From positions 1 through 64,000 of the forward strand of contig JBCBZT010000028.1 of assembly GCA_039815185.1 (NCBI GenBank): 64,000 nucleotides of DNA, read 5' to 3'. Positions 1 to 10,979 of this stretch are shown piece by piece. The notes under the pieces were generated by a model. It did not search any database. It saw nothing but the letters and a program-made list of their open reading frames with translations, and was not told the origin of the DNA. How positions within the stretch are numbered: position 1 is the first letter of the stretch; each line of letters starts with the position of its first letter. The stretch comes from Cyanobacteria bacterium P01_A01_bin.123 (lineage in GTDB: Bacteria; Cyanobacteriota; Cyanobacteriia; Phormidesmidales; Phormidesmidaceae). The position numbers were made by a program, and so were the translations under genes.

Positions 1-460
1 CTCAGAGTCTGAATAATTTGGCGGGGCTGTACTATTCGATGGGCCGCTATAGCGAAGCCGAACCGTTGTATGTGCGCGCCCTAGAAATCCGCGAAGCGCA
101 GTTGGGAGCTGACCATCCGGACACGGCTCAGAGTCTGAATAATTTGGCAGCGCTGTACGAATCGATAGGGCGCTACGGCGAAGCCGAACCGTTGTATGTG
201 CGCGCCCTAGAAATCCGCGAAGCGCAGTTGGGAGCCAACCATCCATCCACGGCGACGAGTCTGAATAGTTTGGCGGGGCTGTACTATTCGATGGGCCGCT
301 ATAGCGAAGCCGAGCCGTTGTATGTGCGATCCTTAGCAATCCGCGAAGCGCAGTTGGGAGCCAACCATCCATCCACGGCGACGAGTCTGAATAATTTGGC
401 GGGGCTGTACTCTTCAATGGGCCGCTATAGCGAAGCCGAACCGCTCTACTTGCGGGCGTT
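1..460 (+). repeat. 126-bp tandem coding repeats of the TPR gene
   Basis: Near-identical units begin at about 1, 127, 253 and 379. Confidence 0.9.
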
Positions 461-629
461 AGCCATTGTGTTTTCAACTTTAGGGGAAAATCACCCCAAC
501 ACCCAGACTGGTTTGAGCAATTTTGTCGGTCTCCTCAAAACCGTACGCGAAGCTGGACAACTTGACCAACTTTCAGACGATCCCACGACTCAATTACTCT
601 TGCAGAACATTGAATCCGGTGAGGCCTAA
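3..629 (+). CDS. Tetratricopeptide repeat protein (kinesin-light-chain-type TPR), 5'-truncated by the window edge
   Basis: Repeated 42-aa unit SLNNLAGLYYSMGRYSEAEPLYVRALEIREAQLGADHP; the frame is open from the window start. Confidence 0.9.
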   Translation, partial: QSLNNLAGLYYSMGRYSEAEPLYVRALEIREAQLGADHPDTAQSLNNLAALYESIGRYGEAEPLYVRALEIREAQLGANHPSTATSLNSLAGLYYSMGRYSEAEPLYVRSLAIREAQLGANHPSTATSLNNLAGLYSSMGRYSEAEPLYLRALAIVFSTLGENHPNTQTGLSNFVGLLKTVREAGQLDQLSDDPTTQLLLQNIESGEA

Positions 630-685
630 AGGGCATACCCTTGTTTCGCAGCTTTATTATGTGATTTTAGGAAATGGTCGCGACT

Positions 686-1375
686 TCACAACGGAAAATT
701 TTGGTCAAACGTCTCTCGGGTAATCGGCTGCGGCACTTCTAACCCTTCCCCACCCAAAATCGTCAACGGTTCCCCCGCAACCGTAATCCAAACCTTAGCA
801 TTGGGGTCTAAGCTAGTCGCCGTATACACAATTTGACCCAAACGCCCCGTCATGCTAGCACTGCCACCCCCGGTCTTAAACGGTTCAGATAACGCCACAT
901 GGATGCCGTCGGGTTCGATCGACAGGCTAACCAGCTGGGTTTCGGGGGGAATAGTGGAAAAGTTCGTGTCGCTCTCAGTCGGCCCATCCAGGAGCTGATC
1001 CACCGCAGCTTTCAGTTGATCTTCGGGAGCCTCAGTAGAGGGAGCCGCGATCGCGCTGCTCACTAACGTCAAACGTCCCTCGCTATCCGCCAGCCAAAAT
1101 ACCTGCCCCGTCGCCTCTGCTGCTGGCGCATCAGTTTTATCGGGGTCAGCCGAGGGTGCTGTGGGAGCCTGGGCCGAATCATCCACCTTCGGCGGCGCAT
1201 CGGTCGTGCCGTCATCCGGGGTTTCAATCGTGGGAAAGTCGGCGACGGGGGCTTTGGGAGAAAGCGCTCGCCAGGTGATTAACGCAGCAGCTCCCCCGGC
1301 AAACAGGGTGATTGCCGATAACCCAGCCACGAGGCGGAGGGGAATGCGACGACGAGAAGGGTTGCGATCTTCCAT
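686..1375 (-). CDS. GerMN domain-containing membrane-anchored protein
   Basis: N-terminal TM helix, STIPPETQL and GGGSASMTGRLGQIVYTATS motifs; start taken at ATG 1375. Confidence 0.85.
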   Translation of the reverse strand: MEDRNPSRRRIPLRLVAGLSAITLFAGGAAALITWRALSPKAPVADFPTIETPDDGTTDAPPKVDDSAQAPTAPSADPDKTDAPAAEATGQVFWLADSEGRLTLVSSAIAAPSTEAPEDQLKAAVDQLLDGPTESDTNFSTIPPETQLVSLSIEPDGIHVALSEPFKTGGGSASMTGRLGQIVYTATSLDPNAKVWITVAGEPLTILGGEGLEVPQPITRETFDQNFPL

Positions 1376-1424
1376 GGGAACACAGAGAGTAAACGGCAAG
1401 TAGACCTACTTGGGCGGATTGTAA

Positions 1425-1698
1425 TACCAGTTTCTAAAACTGGGCCACGTTTAGAGGCTGGGCAGATCCCCCCTTCCCCCCTCACAAAGGGGGCAAGTCT
1501 CATCCCAATTGGGATAGTCCCCTTTGTAAGGGGGCGGCGACAGCAGGGGTTCAACATCTGTAGCTTACGCTCAGAGACTGAGCAGATCCCCCCTGCCCCC
1601 ATTACAAAGGGGGGCAAGTCCCATCCCAATTGGGATAGCCCCCTTTACAAGGGGGCAGCGACAGCGGGGGATCTTCAGCCGCACTTTGAAATTTGGCA
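1425..1698. mobile_element. Putative MITE carrying two REP-like repeats
   Basis: Flanked by TAA at 1422-1424 and 1699-1701; imperfect terminal inverted repeats TACCAGTTTC / AATTTGGCA; no transposase ORF. Confidence 0.5.
1462..1674. repeat. Two direct copies (120-bp period) of a CCCCCTT..AAGGGGG imperfect palindrome
   Basis: Copies at 1462-1549 and 1582-1674, each containing ATCCCAATTGGGAT. Confidence 0.85.
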
Positions 1699-1744
1699 TA
1701 AGCTTCATCCCCAACCTTGAGAATTCCAAGTTAGACAACAAAGC

Positions 1745-2551
1745 TTAATCCGATGCCGGGGGCTGTGCCAGAAAATCAGGATCCACTCTGGCAAATAGCG
1801 CGAATGCCATTGAATCTTGATCAATCTCAAAAGACAACACCCGAGCCGTCACCCCAGACTCTTCCAAAAGCTCAAGACTAATGCTTTGATTTACCCCCTC
1901 CACCACCTGGCGCAAAATTTGGGACGGTGCAGGAACATCATCCACAAGAATTTCGGGTTCAAGCAATACCAACTGAGAGCCTCCAGCAATCGCAATCCCT
2001 GTCTCAGCAGACAATACCAACGTTTCATCAGAGAGCGTATCTTGCAAATCTACCTGGAGCCGCAGACGGTTGTTATCTAAAAAATCCAGCTCGGGGTTAT
2101 TGAGGCGATAACGCAAGGTTTCAGCTTCCCGCGAACCGGGTAGCAAATTAAAGCGCAAATCACTCAAGCGCGTGGTTACGGTCGGCGAGGCTAAAAATTG
2201 ATTCAGATCTTGCTCGGTGAGTTCTACATTGACTGCCGCCTGAAATGGCGCGTCTAATAGCACCTCCCCCTGCCGCAGCCGAGCCAAGTCAAGGTCGACT
2301 GTGTCCGTTTCAATCTCGACGCGAGCGATGCGCAAATCTTCTAAGGGCACCAGTCCGCGTCCCGCGATCCGAATGTGATCTACCTTGCCCTCTATCAGTT
2401 GAAAACTAGGGGCATTATCCACCCGCACCGCCAATTCATCGGCAGCGATCAGCTGATTCCGAATGGCATTGACGGCCAACTGATCCACCACTATGCCCAC
2501 AGGAGAGATTAATGCCAATACGCTAGTGAGCAGAATACTAATCAGTTCCAT
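1745..2551 (-). CDS. DUF2993 / LmeA-like protein
   Basis: VRVDNAPSFQLIEGKVDHIRIAGRG and LTEQDLNQFL motifs. Confidence 0.75.
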   Translation of the reverse strand: MELISILLTSVLALISPVGIVVDQLAVNAIRNQLIAADELAVRVDNAPSFQLIEGKVDHIRIAGRGLVPLEDLRIARVEIETDTVDLDLARLRQGEVLLDAPFQAAVNVELTEQDLNQFLASPTVTTRLSDLRFNLLPGSREAETLRYRLNNPELDFLDNNRLRLQVDLQDTLSDETLVLSAETGIAIAGGSQLVLLEPEILVDDVPAPSQILRQVVEGVNQSISLELLEESGVTARVLSFEIDQDSMAFALFARVDPDFLAQPPASD

Positions 2552-2636
2552 GGGAATGTCCTGTGTTTAAAGCTTGACCCCATCCAGATCCATCGTTTTC
2601 TCTAAGCTCAAGCCCAGTCTTTCAATCAGATGTGGT

Positions 2637-4442
2637 TTACTGCAATGCTTCGTCGATCCACCCTTTCACCGTGGCGACGACCTCCGTTAGGGGAAGTTCC
2701 TGGGAGTCATGGCTGGCCCGCTTTACCACTTCAACTTTGCCATCTTTGAGCGATCGCCCGGTGACAATTCTAAACGGGATGCCAATCAAGTCGGCATCTT
2801 TGAATTTCACCCCAGCCCGTTCCTGACGATCATCGAGTAGAGCTTCCATCCCGGCTGCATTGAGTTCGTGGTAAATAGACTCTGCCGCCTTCACCTGAAC
2901 CTCGTCGTTCAGGTTGGGAATGATCACGATGGCGTGATAAGGCGCGATCGCGACAGGCCAGATAATCCCGTCTTTATCGTAGGACTGCTCCACTGCCGAC
3001 TGGGCTAACCGCGATATCCCAACCCCGTAGCAGCCCATCACCAGGGGGGCTGAGTCCCCTGATTCGGTGGTGTAAGTTGCCCCCATCGCTTGGGAATATT
3101 TCGTCCCCAGCTGAAAGATATGGCCAATTTCGATGCCCCGCGCGGTTTGCAAGGTTTGGCTGGGATCGTGAATGGCGCGATCGCCAACCATAGCTTTTCT
3201 GACATCCACCTGAATGGCCGGCAATTCAAATTGTTCACCCCAGTTGGCCCCAACCACGTGATGGCCTGATTCGTTGGAACCCGTGACGAAATGCTTCAGA
3301 TCTACAGCCGTTTGGTCAACCATGCGCAGAAACTTAGCGGCTAACTGGCCTGCTGCTTGAATGTAATCATCTGACAGATTTGGGGCGATATAGCCCAAAG
3401 GTAACGGTTTAGCCGCCCACTGGGCCTGGGCTTCAGCATCAGGGACGGTCAACCCGATCACGGTGCTGCCCCCGTAGCGAACCGCCAACTTCGTCAGTTC
3501 ATTTTGCAGCTTCACCTCATTTACGTCTTGATCGCCGCGAATATTCACCAACACCAGCACCGCCGCGCCATTGTCGTAGGTCACCTGATACAGCACGTTC
3601 TTCACGATCTGAGTCGGCGAACATTGGAGGAACTTAGCCAGGGAGTCGATGGTGGGGGTGTTAGGCGTCTCTAACTTTTCGTACCGCTCAAACGGCGACG
3701 GTAGCGCTTCTGGAGGAGAAGACACGGCCTTTTCCACATTGGCCGCATACTGACCATCTTCGGTGTAGAGCACCTCATCTTCACCCGCTTCGGCCAATAC
3801 CATAAACTCATGGGAACCCGCTCCCCCAATGGCACCAGAGTCGGCTTCAACAGCGCGAAAGGCTAGCCCACAGCGTCGCAGCATGTTGCTGTAGGCAGTG
3901 TACATGTCTTCATAGGTGGCTTTGAGGCTGTCTACATCAGCGTGGAATGAGTACCCATCTTTCATGATGAATTCCCGCCCCCGCAGTAGCCCAAAGCGAC
4001 TGCGAATTTCATCGCGAAATTTGGTTTGAACTTGATAAAGATGGACAGGCAACTGACGATAGGAGCGCACCATGTCGCGGGCAACAGTCGTAATCACTTC
4101 TTCATGGGTTGGTCCCAGCCCCATCTCTTGTTCCCGGCGGTCAAGCAACGAGAACATAATGCCTTCGGCCTTGGTGTAAGTGTCCCAACGACCCGACTCT
4201 TTCCACAAGTCGGCGGGTTGAAGCTGGGGCAACAGGCACTCCTGCGCGCCAGTGGCGTCCATTTCTTCCCGGACAATTTTGGAAACCTTATTCAGCACCC
4301 GCCACAGCAATGGCAGGTAGGCATAAACCCCGCTGGTGATCCGTCGCATATAACCTGCCCGTAGCAGCAGCTTGTGGCTGGGAATCTCCGCATCTGCGGG
4401 ATCTTCCCGGAGAGTCACAAAAAGCATCTGGGACAGTCGCAT
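2637..4442 (-). CDS. proS: Proline--tRNA ligase
   Basis: [55 protein letters not shown]. Confidence 0.98.
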   Translation of the reverse strand: MRLSQMLFVTLREDPADAEIPSHKLLLRAGYMRRITSGVYAYLPLLWRVLNKVSKIVREEMDATGAQECLLPQLQPADLWKESGRWDTYTKAEGIMFSLLDRREQEMGLGPTHEEVITTVARDMVRSYRQLPVHLYQVQTKFRDEIRSRFGLLRGREFIMKDGYSFHADVDSLKATYEDMYTAYSNMLRRCGLAFRAVEADSGAIGGAGSHEFMVLAEAGEDEVLYTEDGQYAANVEKAVSSPPEALPSPFERYEKLETPNTPTIDSLAKFLQCSPTQIVKNVLYQVTYDNGAAVLVLVNIRGDQDVNEVKLQNELTKLAVRYGGSTVIGLTVPDAEAQAQWAAKPLPLGYIAPNLSDDYIQAAGQLAAKFLRMVDQTAVDLKHFVTGSNESGHHVVGANWGEQFELPAIQVDVRKAMVGDRAIHDPSQTLQTARGIEIGHIFQLGTKYSQAMGATYTTESGDSAPLVMGCYGVGISRLAQSAVEQSYDKDGIIWPVAIAPYHAIVIIPNLNDEVQVKAAESIYHELNAAGMEALLDDRQERAGVKFKDADLIGIPFRIVTGRSLKDGKVEVVKRASHDSQELPLTEVVATVKGWIDEALQ

Positions 4443-4464
4443 GGCGGATTTTCCTTTTTCTTGA

Positions 4465-4863
4465 TCAGTAGGTCGGTTCGACCCAAACTACAGTCTTTTG
4501 AGTGGGAGACTCGCGACCACTTTGCTCTTGCATAATGTGGTTGGCTTGGGCGGGATCAAAATAGCGATTGAAATCTTGACGAAGCTCAGTCGCTTCCGCT
4601 TCTGCAACCGCAACTGCCCCCTGGATCTTTTGCAATTTTATCGCCTGAGCCTGACGGTAGGGTAGCAGCCGCACCAGCGCAGACACAGCAGCAGCAGCCA
4701 AAAGCAAATTAAAGGTCAGCTTCGCAGCGGTTTCAAAAGCCACTACCCGATGAGATTCTGGAGCAAGCACGGGTCGCGATCGCAACACCCGATGACGGCG
4801 ACGGCGACGTTGCAGAGACTGATCAGACTTGGCAGGGTAGCGAATGGGTTGGGCAGCAGTCAT
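4465..4863 (-). CDS. Conserved cyanobacterial protein (slr1601-like, putative cell division protein)
   Basis: Basic N-terminus, TM segment, coiled coil, FNRYFDP motif; lies downstream of psaM. Confidence 0.65.
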   Translation of the reverse strand: MTAAQPIRYPAKSDQSLQRRRRRHRVLRSRPVLAPESHRVVAFETAAKLTFNLLLAAAAVSALVRLLPYRQAQAIKLQKIQGAVAVAEAEATELRQDFNRYFDPAQANHIMQEQSGRESPTQKTVVWVEPTY

Positions 4864-5029
4864 AGGGCAGCAGTATCGAGAGTAAGCGGGACGGGTTAAG
4901 CCCTACGGGCTACAGAATAGCCCAAATTATGGACGATTTTTTCAAGAAAAATCGCGATCGGGGTAAAAAAAGCAGCTTTTTTTAGAATTAAGTCGGTCAT
5001 ATGCCCATTCGCACCCGTCATAGCGGGCC

Positions 5030-5078
5030 TAAACCGACAAAAACCCCCAGGCGTAGCCCAGAGGTTTTTGTCGGTTTA
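5030..5078 (-). terminator. Stem-loop downstream of psaM
   Basis: TAAACCGACAAAAACC / GGTTTTTGTCGGTTTA inverted repeat. Confidence 0.7.
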
Positions 5079-5093
5079 AATTCAGAGGCGCCC

Positions 5094-5189
5094 TTATTTG
5101 TAAAGCTCTGTTGAGAGGCGAAAAGCTAGGATGCCGGGTAGCAGGGCAATCAGGAGAGCAAAGTAGACTTGAGTATCTGAAAGAGACAT
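5094..5189 (-). CDS. psaM: Photosystem I subunit XII (absent from the ORF track)
   Basis: Hand translation [31 protein letters not shown]. Confidence 0.95.
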   Translation of the reverse strand: MSLSDTQVYFALLIALLPGILAFRLSTELYK

Positions 5190-5465
5190 AATGATATTTC
5201 CTTCGGCTGAATGTTGATATTCATCGTCATTTTTGACTAAAACCGTTCCCCTCAGGAAGGGTTAGAGGCCATCTGTTACAGATCGTAATGGTTCTTCTGT
5301 AGCGCACTAGACAGCATGAGAGCCCAAATTTAGATTCGATCGTGATCTTCGTCTAGACGTATAGAGAACGTTTTTCCCTAACATCACAGTCCTTTATTTC
5401 CAGGCTAAAATCTTAGTCTATTCCAGCGTCAGTTTGAGTCACTGTATGGGGTAATACTTACCATT

Positions 5466-6122
5466 TTGAAAAGTCCACGGCCTGTTCGAACCCATTTTGA
5501 TCGCCAACTCTTACGGCTGCAAAGAGACATCCTGCGGATGGGTGCCTTAGTAGAAGGGTCCTGCTTGTTGGCTCGTGATGCCCTGTTTGATCGTGATTTA
5601 GAGGCGTCTGAAAAGTTGGTTGTTCACGATAAGCAGGTGGATTACTTTTATCGGCAAATTGAATTAGACTGCGTCAATGTATTAACGCTTCAAGCACCCG
5701 TTACGCAAGACTTGAGACAAGTCAGTGCCTTTATGCAAATGGTGCGTGACTTAGAGCGCATTGGCGACTATTCAAAAGACATTGGTGAAGTGGCGATCAA
5801 GCTCTTCCCTTATCCCGTTGATCCCTGCATGGATCGGATTAGGGTGATGTTGGATCGATGTCGTTCTATGGTGGCGATGAGCCTGGTGGCGTTATCTAAT
5901 TTAGATGCGGATGTGGGCCTGATCATTAAAGAAAAAGACGATGCCGTTGATCAAGATTATGAAGACCTGTATAACTGGCTTGCTCACCAGCGCGATGTGC
6001 AGGGGACGGTTGAACCTATCGTGCTAATGGTGTTAGTCATTCGCTATTTAGAACGCATTGCAGACCACGCCACCAATGTGGGGCGGCGAGTGGCGTTTAT
6101 TGTCACCGGGGAGCGGGTTTGA
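5466..6122 (+). CDS. phoU: Phosphate signalling protein PhoU
   Basis: RDLERIGD and RYLERIADHATN repeats. Confidence 0.95.
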   Translation: MKSPRPVRTHFDRQLLRLQRDILRMGALVEGSCLLARDALFDRDLEASEKLVVHDKQVDYFYRQIELDCVNVLTLQAPVTQDLRQVSAFMQMVRDLERIGDYSKDIGEVAIKLFPYPVDPCMDRIRVMLDRCRSMVAMSLVALSNLDADVGLIIKEKDDAVDQDYEDLYNWLAHQRDVQGTVEPIVLMVLVIRYLERIADHATNVGRRVAFIVTGERV

Positions 6123-6590
6123 CATAGTTTTTTGAACTTAATGGTTTTGATTGCCTATTTTGACGTAATATTTGACAGTTTTCCGCTTAGTACGGAAGGA
6201 TGACAAAGGTGGGTGGGGCTAATGGCTTTGGCTCAATACCGCCTACCAGTGTTAGGGCGTCGTAGTGGTTTACTCGGTCGCGTTCGAGTCAAAGGATACT
6301 CAGGCGTTTTGGGTATTGCTTGAGTTGGATGGCTTTTCAGGCAGGGGTAAACACCAATCCGAATAGAATCTCCTCGGGTTTGAGGATGTGGGTGGCTTAA
6401 GCGCAGGTTTTGACCTGTGTGGTCTGCATCATTGAGTTGAGAGGGGTTTAGACAGCGTTGGGTAGGGGATGGATCTACCATCAATGGGGCACTAAATTCA
6501 GTGCTGTGATAACGCTACAGATGGATGGGTAAGCTGCGATCGCTGGTTCAACACCGATGAATTATTCAGACCTAAAGGACGCTTCGCTAC

Positions 6591-9077
6591 ATGGATTTCT
6601 CGATTGCTGCGCTGCTGGCTAACTTTAAAGACGATAAGCTGGTCACTCTCAAAACCCTAGAAAAAAAGCTGGGTTGTCATAATTCCGATGGTGTCCGTGA
6701 TTTGCAAATTGCCATGGATGCCCTAGAGAGAATCGGGTTGCTTGAGAAAGAGCGGGGTAAATATCGGCGGCTTCCCGAAGAAGGCATCATTGAAGGCAAG
6801 TTGCGTTGTTCAAGCAAAGGCTTTTGTTTTGCCATCCAGGATGAGGAAGGGGCTGACGATATTTATGTCCGTGAAAGCCAGTTGAATACCGCTTGGAACG
6901 GCGATCGCGTCCTGATTAATATCACTAAAGAGGGGAGCCGGCGGCGATCGCCTGAAGGTGAAGTAAAGCTGATTTTAGAACGGGCTAACGCGTCAGTCTT
7001 AGCGCGGGTGAAGCAAGACGACAGCCGTTACCAGGCCGTCCCCCTAGACGATCGGCTCTTGTTTGAGCTTGAACTCGATCCGCTAGTGAGCGATGCTGAC
7101 CTCACCCAGGCAGTGGACCAGTTGGTTCACGTCGAGATTTTGCGCTATCCCCTGGGGCAATCGCCTCCCATTGGACGGATTGCCCAAATCTTAGGTAAAG
7201 ATGCCGAAGATGCTGCAGATATCGACATCGTTTGCTGCAAACATAACCTGTCTAGAACCTTCCCTGAGAGCGTGTTAGATGCTGTCAAGGGATTGCCTAC
7301 AAAAGTCCGTAAAGCTGATCTCAAAGGTCGCCTGGACTACCGTGAAAAGCTCACCATCACCATTGATGGGGCCAAAGCCACGACTATTGATGATGCCCTC
7401 ACCCTGGAAAAAGACAAGGGCGGCAACTGGCGTCTGGGGGTTCACATTTCCGATGTTTCTTATTACATCCCTGCCCACACTCCGGTCGATCGAGAAGCGT
7501 TGAAACGCGGCACATCCGTGTATTTGGGGGATGAGGTCGTTTCTATGCTGCCGCCGCCCCTGTCCAATTCATTGGGGTCTTTGGTCGAAGGCAAAGATCG
7601 CCTGTCCCTGTCTTTGCTGGTGACGCTGAACGAAGCAGGGGAGGCTCTGGGGTTTGAAATTCAGCCCACGGTGGTGCAAGTAGACTACGCCCTCAACTAT
7701 GAACAAGCTCAGGCGATTTTGGCCCGAGATGATGCTGACGGACTTAAGCGCTTGGGCATTAAGGCCAAGGAAGTTGACAAGCTAGAACCGATTCATGACT
7801 TTCTAGAGCAGCTGTTTCATCTCAGTCAGCAGGTGAAAGCCCAGCGCCATCAACGGGGAGCCTTTGAGCTCAACCTACCTGAAGAAAGCTTCCCCGAAGA
7901 TATGGATGGTAAATCAACTCCCTATTTCTCGCCCAAGTTTCAGTACGACGATGAAGGGGCTTTGGGGGCAATGGTGGTGTCGTCACACTTGCCAGCCCGG
8001 ATGATCGTGACGGAGTTTATGCTGCTCGCCAATCAACTGGTTGCATCCCACCTCAAAGCCTTGGGAGTGCCCTCGATTTATCGGGTCCACCGCACCCCTG
8101 ACCCGACTGATGTGCAAGAGCTGATTAAGCTGGCGAATAACATGGGGTTAGATTTGCACCTAGAAGACGAAGAAACGGTGCATCCCCGTGACTATCAAAA
8201 TTTCACCCAGCAGTTCGCGACATCTAAAGCCGAAAAGGTGCTGACCTATTTGCTACTGTCAACCTTTAAGCCCGCCCTCTACAGCACCCATCCCGACATG
8301 CACTTTGGCTTAGCCCTAGAAGCGGGCTACACCCACTTTGCCTCACCCACGCGGCGCTATCCCGATTTGTTGGTGCACCGGATCCTCCACGCCGTGTTTG
8401 AGCAGGGGCGCAATCGTCGCTCTACTCGCTCTAAAGATCTCGTCGATTTGCACAGCAGCAGCTGTCATGACCAAATCAACTGGAGCGTGTTGCCCCCGGA
8501 TGTACACCACGAGTTTGAAGATGACTTCTCCCGTCTTACCGTCACCCTAACTGAGCGTGAACGGCTGGCCCAAGAAGTGGAATCTGATCTCGAAGGCTTG
8601 AAAAAAGCTGAATTCATGAAAGCCCACACGGGTGAAGTGTTCCATGGCTTGATTACCGGTGTACAGTCCTATGGTTTCTTCGTCGAAATTGAAGAATTGC
8701 TGGTCGAAGGACTGGTTCACGTCAGCTCTCTCAAAGACGACTGGTATGAATATCGATCTCGACAGCAAAAGCTGGTGGGGCGCAAAAACCGGAAGCAGTA
8801 TCGTTTGGGCGATCGCGTCGAAGTCCAAGTCAAAAGCGTGGATTATTACCGTCAGCAAATTGATTTGGTTGCTGTGGGTGGCGGTAGTGAAGCCCCTGAA
8901 GATGATGACGAAGATATCGATGAAGAATTGGCGGTTGTCGCTACCTCGGATGAGAATGGCAGCGACGACAACGGCGATGACTTTAATGGTGACGACCTAG
9001 ATGCCGATCGGGTGGACGACGATGATTTAGACGATGAGTTTGAAACCGACACAGACGACGACGACTATGATGAATAG
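6591..9077 (+). CDS. rnr: Ribonuclease R family exoribonuclease with acidic C-terminal tail
   Basis: Cold-shock domain, RNB motifs (IDDALT, YTHFASPTRRYPDL), S1 domain. Confidence 0.92.
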   Translation: MDFSIAALLANFKDDKLVTLKTLEKKLGCHNSDGVRDLQIAMDALERIGLLEKERGKYRRLPEEGIIEGKLRCSSKGFCFAIQDEEGADDIYVRESQLNTAWNGDRVLINITKEGSRRRSPEGEVKLILERANASVLARVKQDDSRYQAVPLDDRLLFELELDPLVSDADLTQAVDQLVHVEILRYPLGQSPPIGRIAQILGKDAEDAADIDIVCCKHNLSRTFPESVLDAVKGLPTKVRKADLKGRLDYREKLTITIDGAKATTIDDALTLEKDKGGNWRLGVHISDVSYYIPAHTPVDREALKRGTSVYLGDEVVSMLPPPLSNSLGSLVEGKDRLSLSLLVTLNEAGEALGFEIQPTVVQVDYALNYEQAQAILARDDADGLKRLGIKAKEVDKLEPIHDFLEQLFHLSQQVKAQRHQRGAFELNLPEESFPEDMDGKSTPYFSPKFQYDDEGALGAMVVSSHLPARMIVTEFMLLANQLVASHLKALGVPSIYRVHRTPDPTDVQELIKLANNMGLDLHLEDEETVHPRDYQNFTQQFATSKAEKVLTYLLLSTFKPALYSTHPDMHFGLALEAGYTHFASPTRRYPDLLVHRILHAVFEQGRNRRSTRSKDLVDLHSSSCHDQINWSVLPPDVHHEFEDDFSRLTVTLTERERLAQEVESDLEGLKKAEFMKAHTGEVFHGLITGVQSYGFFVEIEELLVEGLVHVSSLKDDWYEYRSRQQKLVGRKNRKQYRLGDRVEVQVKSVDYYRQQIDLVAVGGGSEAPEDDDEDIDEELAVVATSDENGSDDNGDDFNGDDLDADRVDDDDLDDEFETDTDDDDYDE

Positions 9078-9121
9078 CAGGTGATCCCCAGTCAAATCAT
9101 CCGTGACATAACCAACAGTCT

Positions 9122-9757
9122 GTGAGTGCAACCCCTTCTTATCCATTAATCTTGGGCATTACAGGTGCCTCGGGGTTAATCTACGCCGTCCGGGCGCTAA
9201 AATACCTGCTGGCCGCAGATTATGCAGTGGAGTTGGTGGCTTCTAAATCCACCTATATGGTGTGGCAGGCAGAACAATCTATCCGCATGCCTGTGGAAGC
9301 TGAACAACAAGCTCAGTTTTGGCGTCAGCAGGCTGGGGGCGTCACAGGCGGCAAGCTGCACTGTCACCCTTGGGGGGATGTGGGCGCAAATATTGCCAGC
9401 GGCTCCTTTCGCACTGTGGGCATGTTGGTCATGCCTTGTAGCATGAGCACAGCTGCCAAACTGGCCAATGGGCTGAGTTCTGACTTGCTGGAGCGAGCAG
9501 CAGATGTGCAGATTAAAGAAGGACGACGGTTGGCGGTGGTGCCTCGTGAAACTCCGTTTAGCCTGATCCATCTGCGCAACTTAACCACCCTGGCTGAGGC
9601 CGGAGTGCGGATTGTGCCTGCTATTCCCGCTTGGTATCACCAGCCCCAGACCATTGATGATTTGGTTGACTTCGTGGTGGCCCGTGCCTTAGATCAGTTT
9701 GACATTGACTGCGTGCCACTCAAACGTTGGCAAGGGCATCTGGAGGGAGCACCATGA
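9122..9757 (+). CDS. ubiX: Flavin prenyltransferase
   Basis: GITGASG, IASGSF, PCSMST, VPRETP. Confidence 0.95.
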   Translation: MSATPSYPLILGITGASGLIYAVRALKYLLAADYAVELVASKSTYMVWQAEQSIRMPVEAEQQAQFWRQQAGGVTGGKLHCHPWGDVGANIASGSFRTVGMLVMPCSMSTAAKLANGLSSDLLERAADVQIKEGRRLAVVPRETPFSLIHLRNLTTLAEAGVRIVPAIPAWYHQPQTIDDLVDFVVARALDQFDIDCVPLKRWQGHLEGAP

Positions 9758-10941
9758 GTAGACCCCGTTCAGGCAACGCTCGCCCAGGTAATCCCCGCCC
9801 AGGCACCGTCCGCTTAGTCCTACTGCTTGGCGTTGTTGGGGCATTGGTGCTGTTTACCGTTCAAAATAGCTCCCCAGGACTCCCGCTAACGGTGCTTGGC
9901 ATCCGTACTCAAACCTATCCCCTCGCCGTTTGGCTGACGGGCTCGATCCTGGCAGGGGCTTTGACAACCCTGTTGCTAACCTGGACCGTCGCACCACTGT
10001 CTTACAAAAAGGCGCGACGGGGCCAGCAGCGGGGAGATTGGGGTCGCGATCGCCCCCGACCCCCGACTGGAGATGACAGTCGCACCAATCGCCAATCCCC
10101 AGCAAGCGCAACCGGATTTGCAGACTTTGATTCTAGAGACGTTGATCGAAACATTGGTCGGGAGCCTAACCGTACCGTTGCCGATACCCGTCCAGACATC
10201 AATGCCCAAGATTGGGGCAACTTCCGCCCCCGTGAAACTTGGAATGACTGGGAGCAAAGCCCCGATCCTGATAGCCCTACCCCAGCCTCAGTCCGAGACC
10301 AGCGCCGAGTCGAAAAAGAACGCCAGAAAAAGCGCAAAGACCCCCGCTACGCCGCCAATGAATCCTTTGAAGACATTGCCCAAGGATGGGATAACTGGGA
10401 TGATCGCAACTATCAACCCCGAGGCGCTAGCCCCATCGACGACACCCTCGCCGACATTGAAGAAGGTTGGGAAGACTACGGTGACGATTACGGGGTTTAT
10501 CAGAATGACTATGGAGCCGCTGCTCCCCAATCTGATCGAACCGACGATGGCCCCCAACCCCCAAAAAGAATCTATCAAGACGGCTCAATTTATGGCGATC
10601 GCTACGAGGATGAACCCTTTCCCCGTGATGCTCAAAGACCCGTTTCTGACTACCGTTCGGGGGAAGCAGATTGGGACAGACCCAACCGCGATTATCCCGA
10701 TCCGGACTATCCCAACGACACAGATGACTACCCCAATCCGGGAGACGACCGCGACTATGAAGGCGACCGTGACTATGGAGACGACTATGCCTACGACAAC
10801 ACTGGCGCTGACGCTGACGACCGCGATATCGCTGATGATGACGTTTACGATGCCGATTATCGGGTGATCATTCCCCCCTATCGTCCCCTAGCGGATGAAG
10901 ACGATGACACTGATGACATTGATGACCGCGATCGCCCCTAA
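9754..10941 (+). CDS. LapA-like membrane protein with long Asp/Arg/Tyr-rich disordered tail
   Basis: Two TM helices flanking QN..L.VLG; C-terminal VYDADYRVIIPPY; ATGA overlap with ubiX. Confidence 0.7.
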   Translation: MSRPRSGNARPGNPRPGTVRLVLLLGVVGALVLFTVQNSSPGLPLTVLGIRTQTYPLAVWLTGSILAGALTTLLLTWTVAPLSYKKARRGQQRGDWGRDRPRPPTGDDSRTNRQSPASATGFADFDSRDVDRNIGREPNRTVADTRPDINAQDWGNFRPRETWNDWEQSPDPDSPTPASVRDQRRVEKERQKKRKDPRYAANESFEDIAQGWDNWDDRNYQPRGASPIDDTLADIEEGWEDYGDDYGVYQNDYGAAAPQSDRTDDGPQPPKRIYQDGSIYGDRYEDEPFPRDAQRPVSDYRSGEADWDRPNRDYPDPDYPNDTDDYPNPGDDRDYEGDRDYGDDYAYDNTGADADDRDIADDDVYDADYRVIIPPYRPLADEDDDTDDIDDRDRP

Positions 10942-10979
10942 CCCCCCGTCTCCCTATTCCTACGCCTCCCCATAAACCC

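Noticed and set aside
1..460. 126-bp repeats as a non-coding array
   Set aside because: They are in-frame TPR units.
1279..1629. 116-aa ORF with an internal repeat
   Set aside because: It is a translation of the palindromic repeats.
10073..10867. 264-aa Thr/Met-rich alternative-frame ORF
   Set aside because: Shadow frame of the Asp-rich low-complexity tail.
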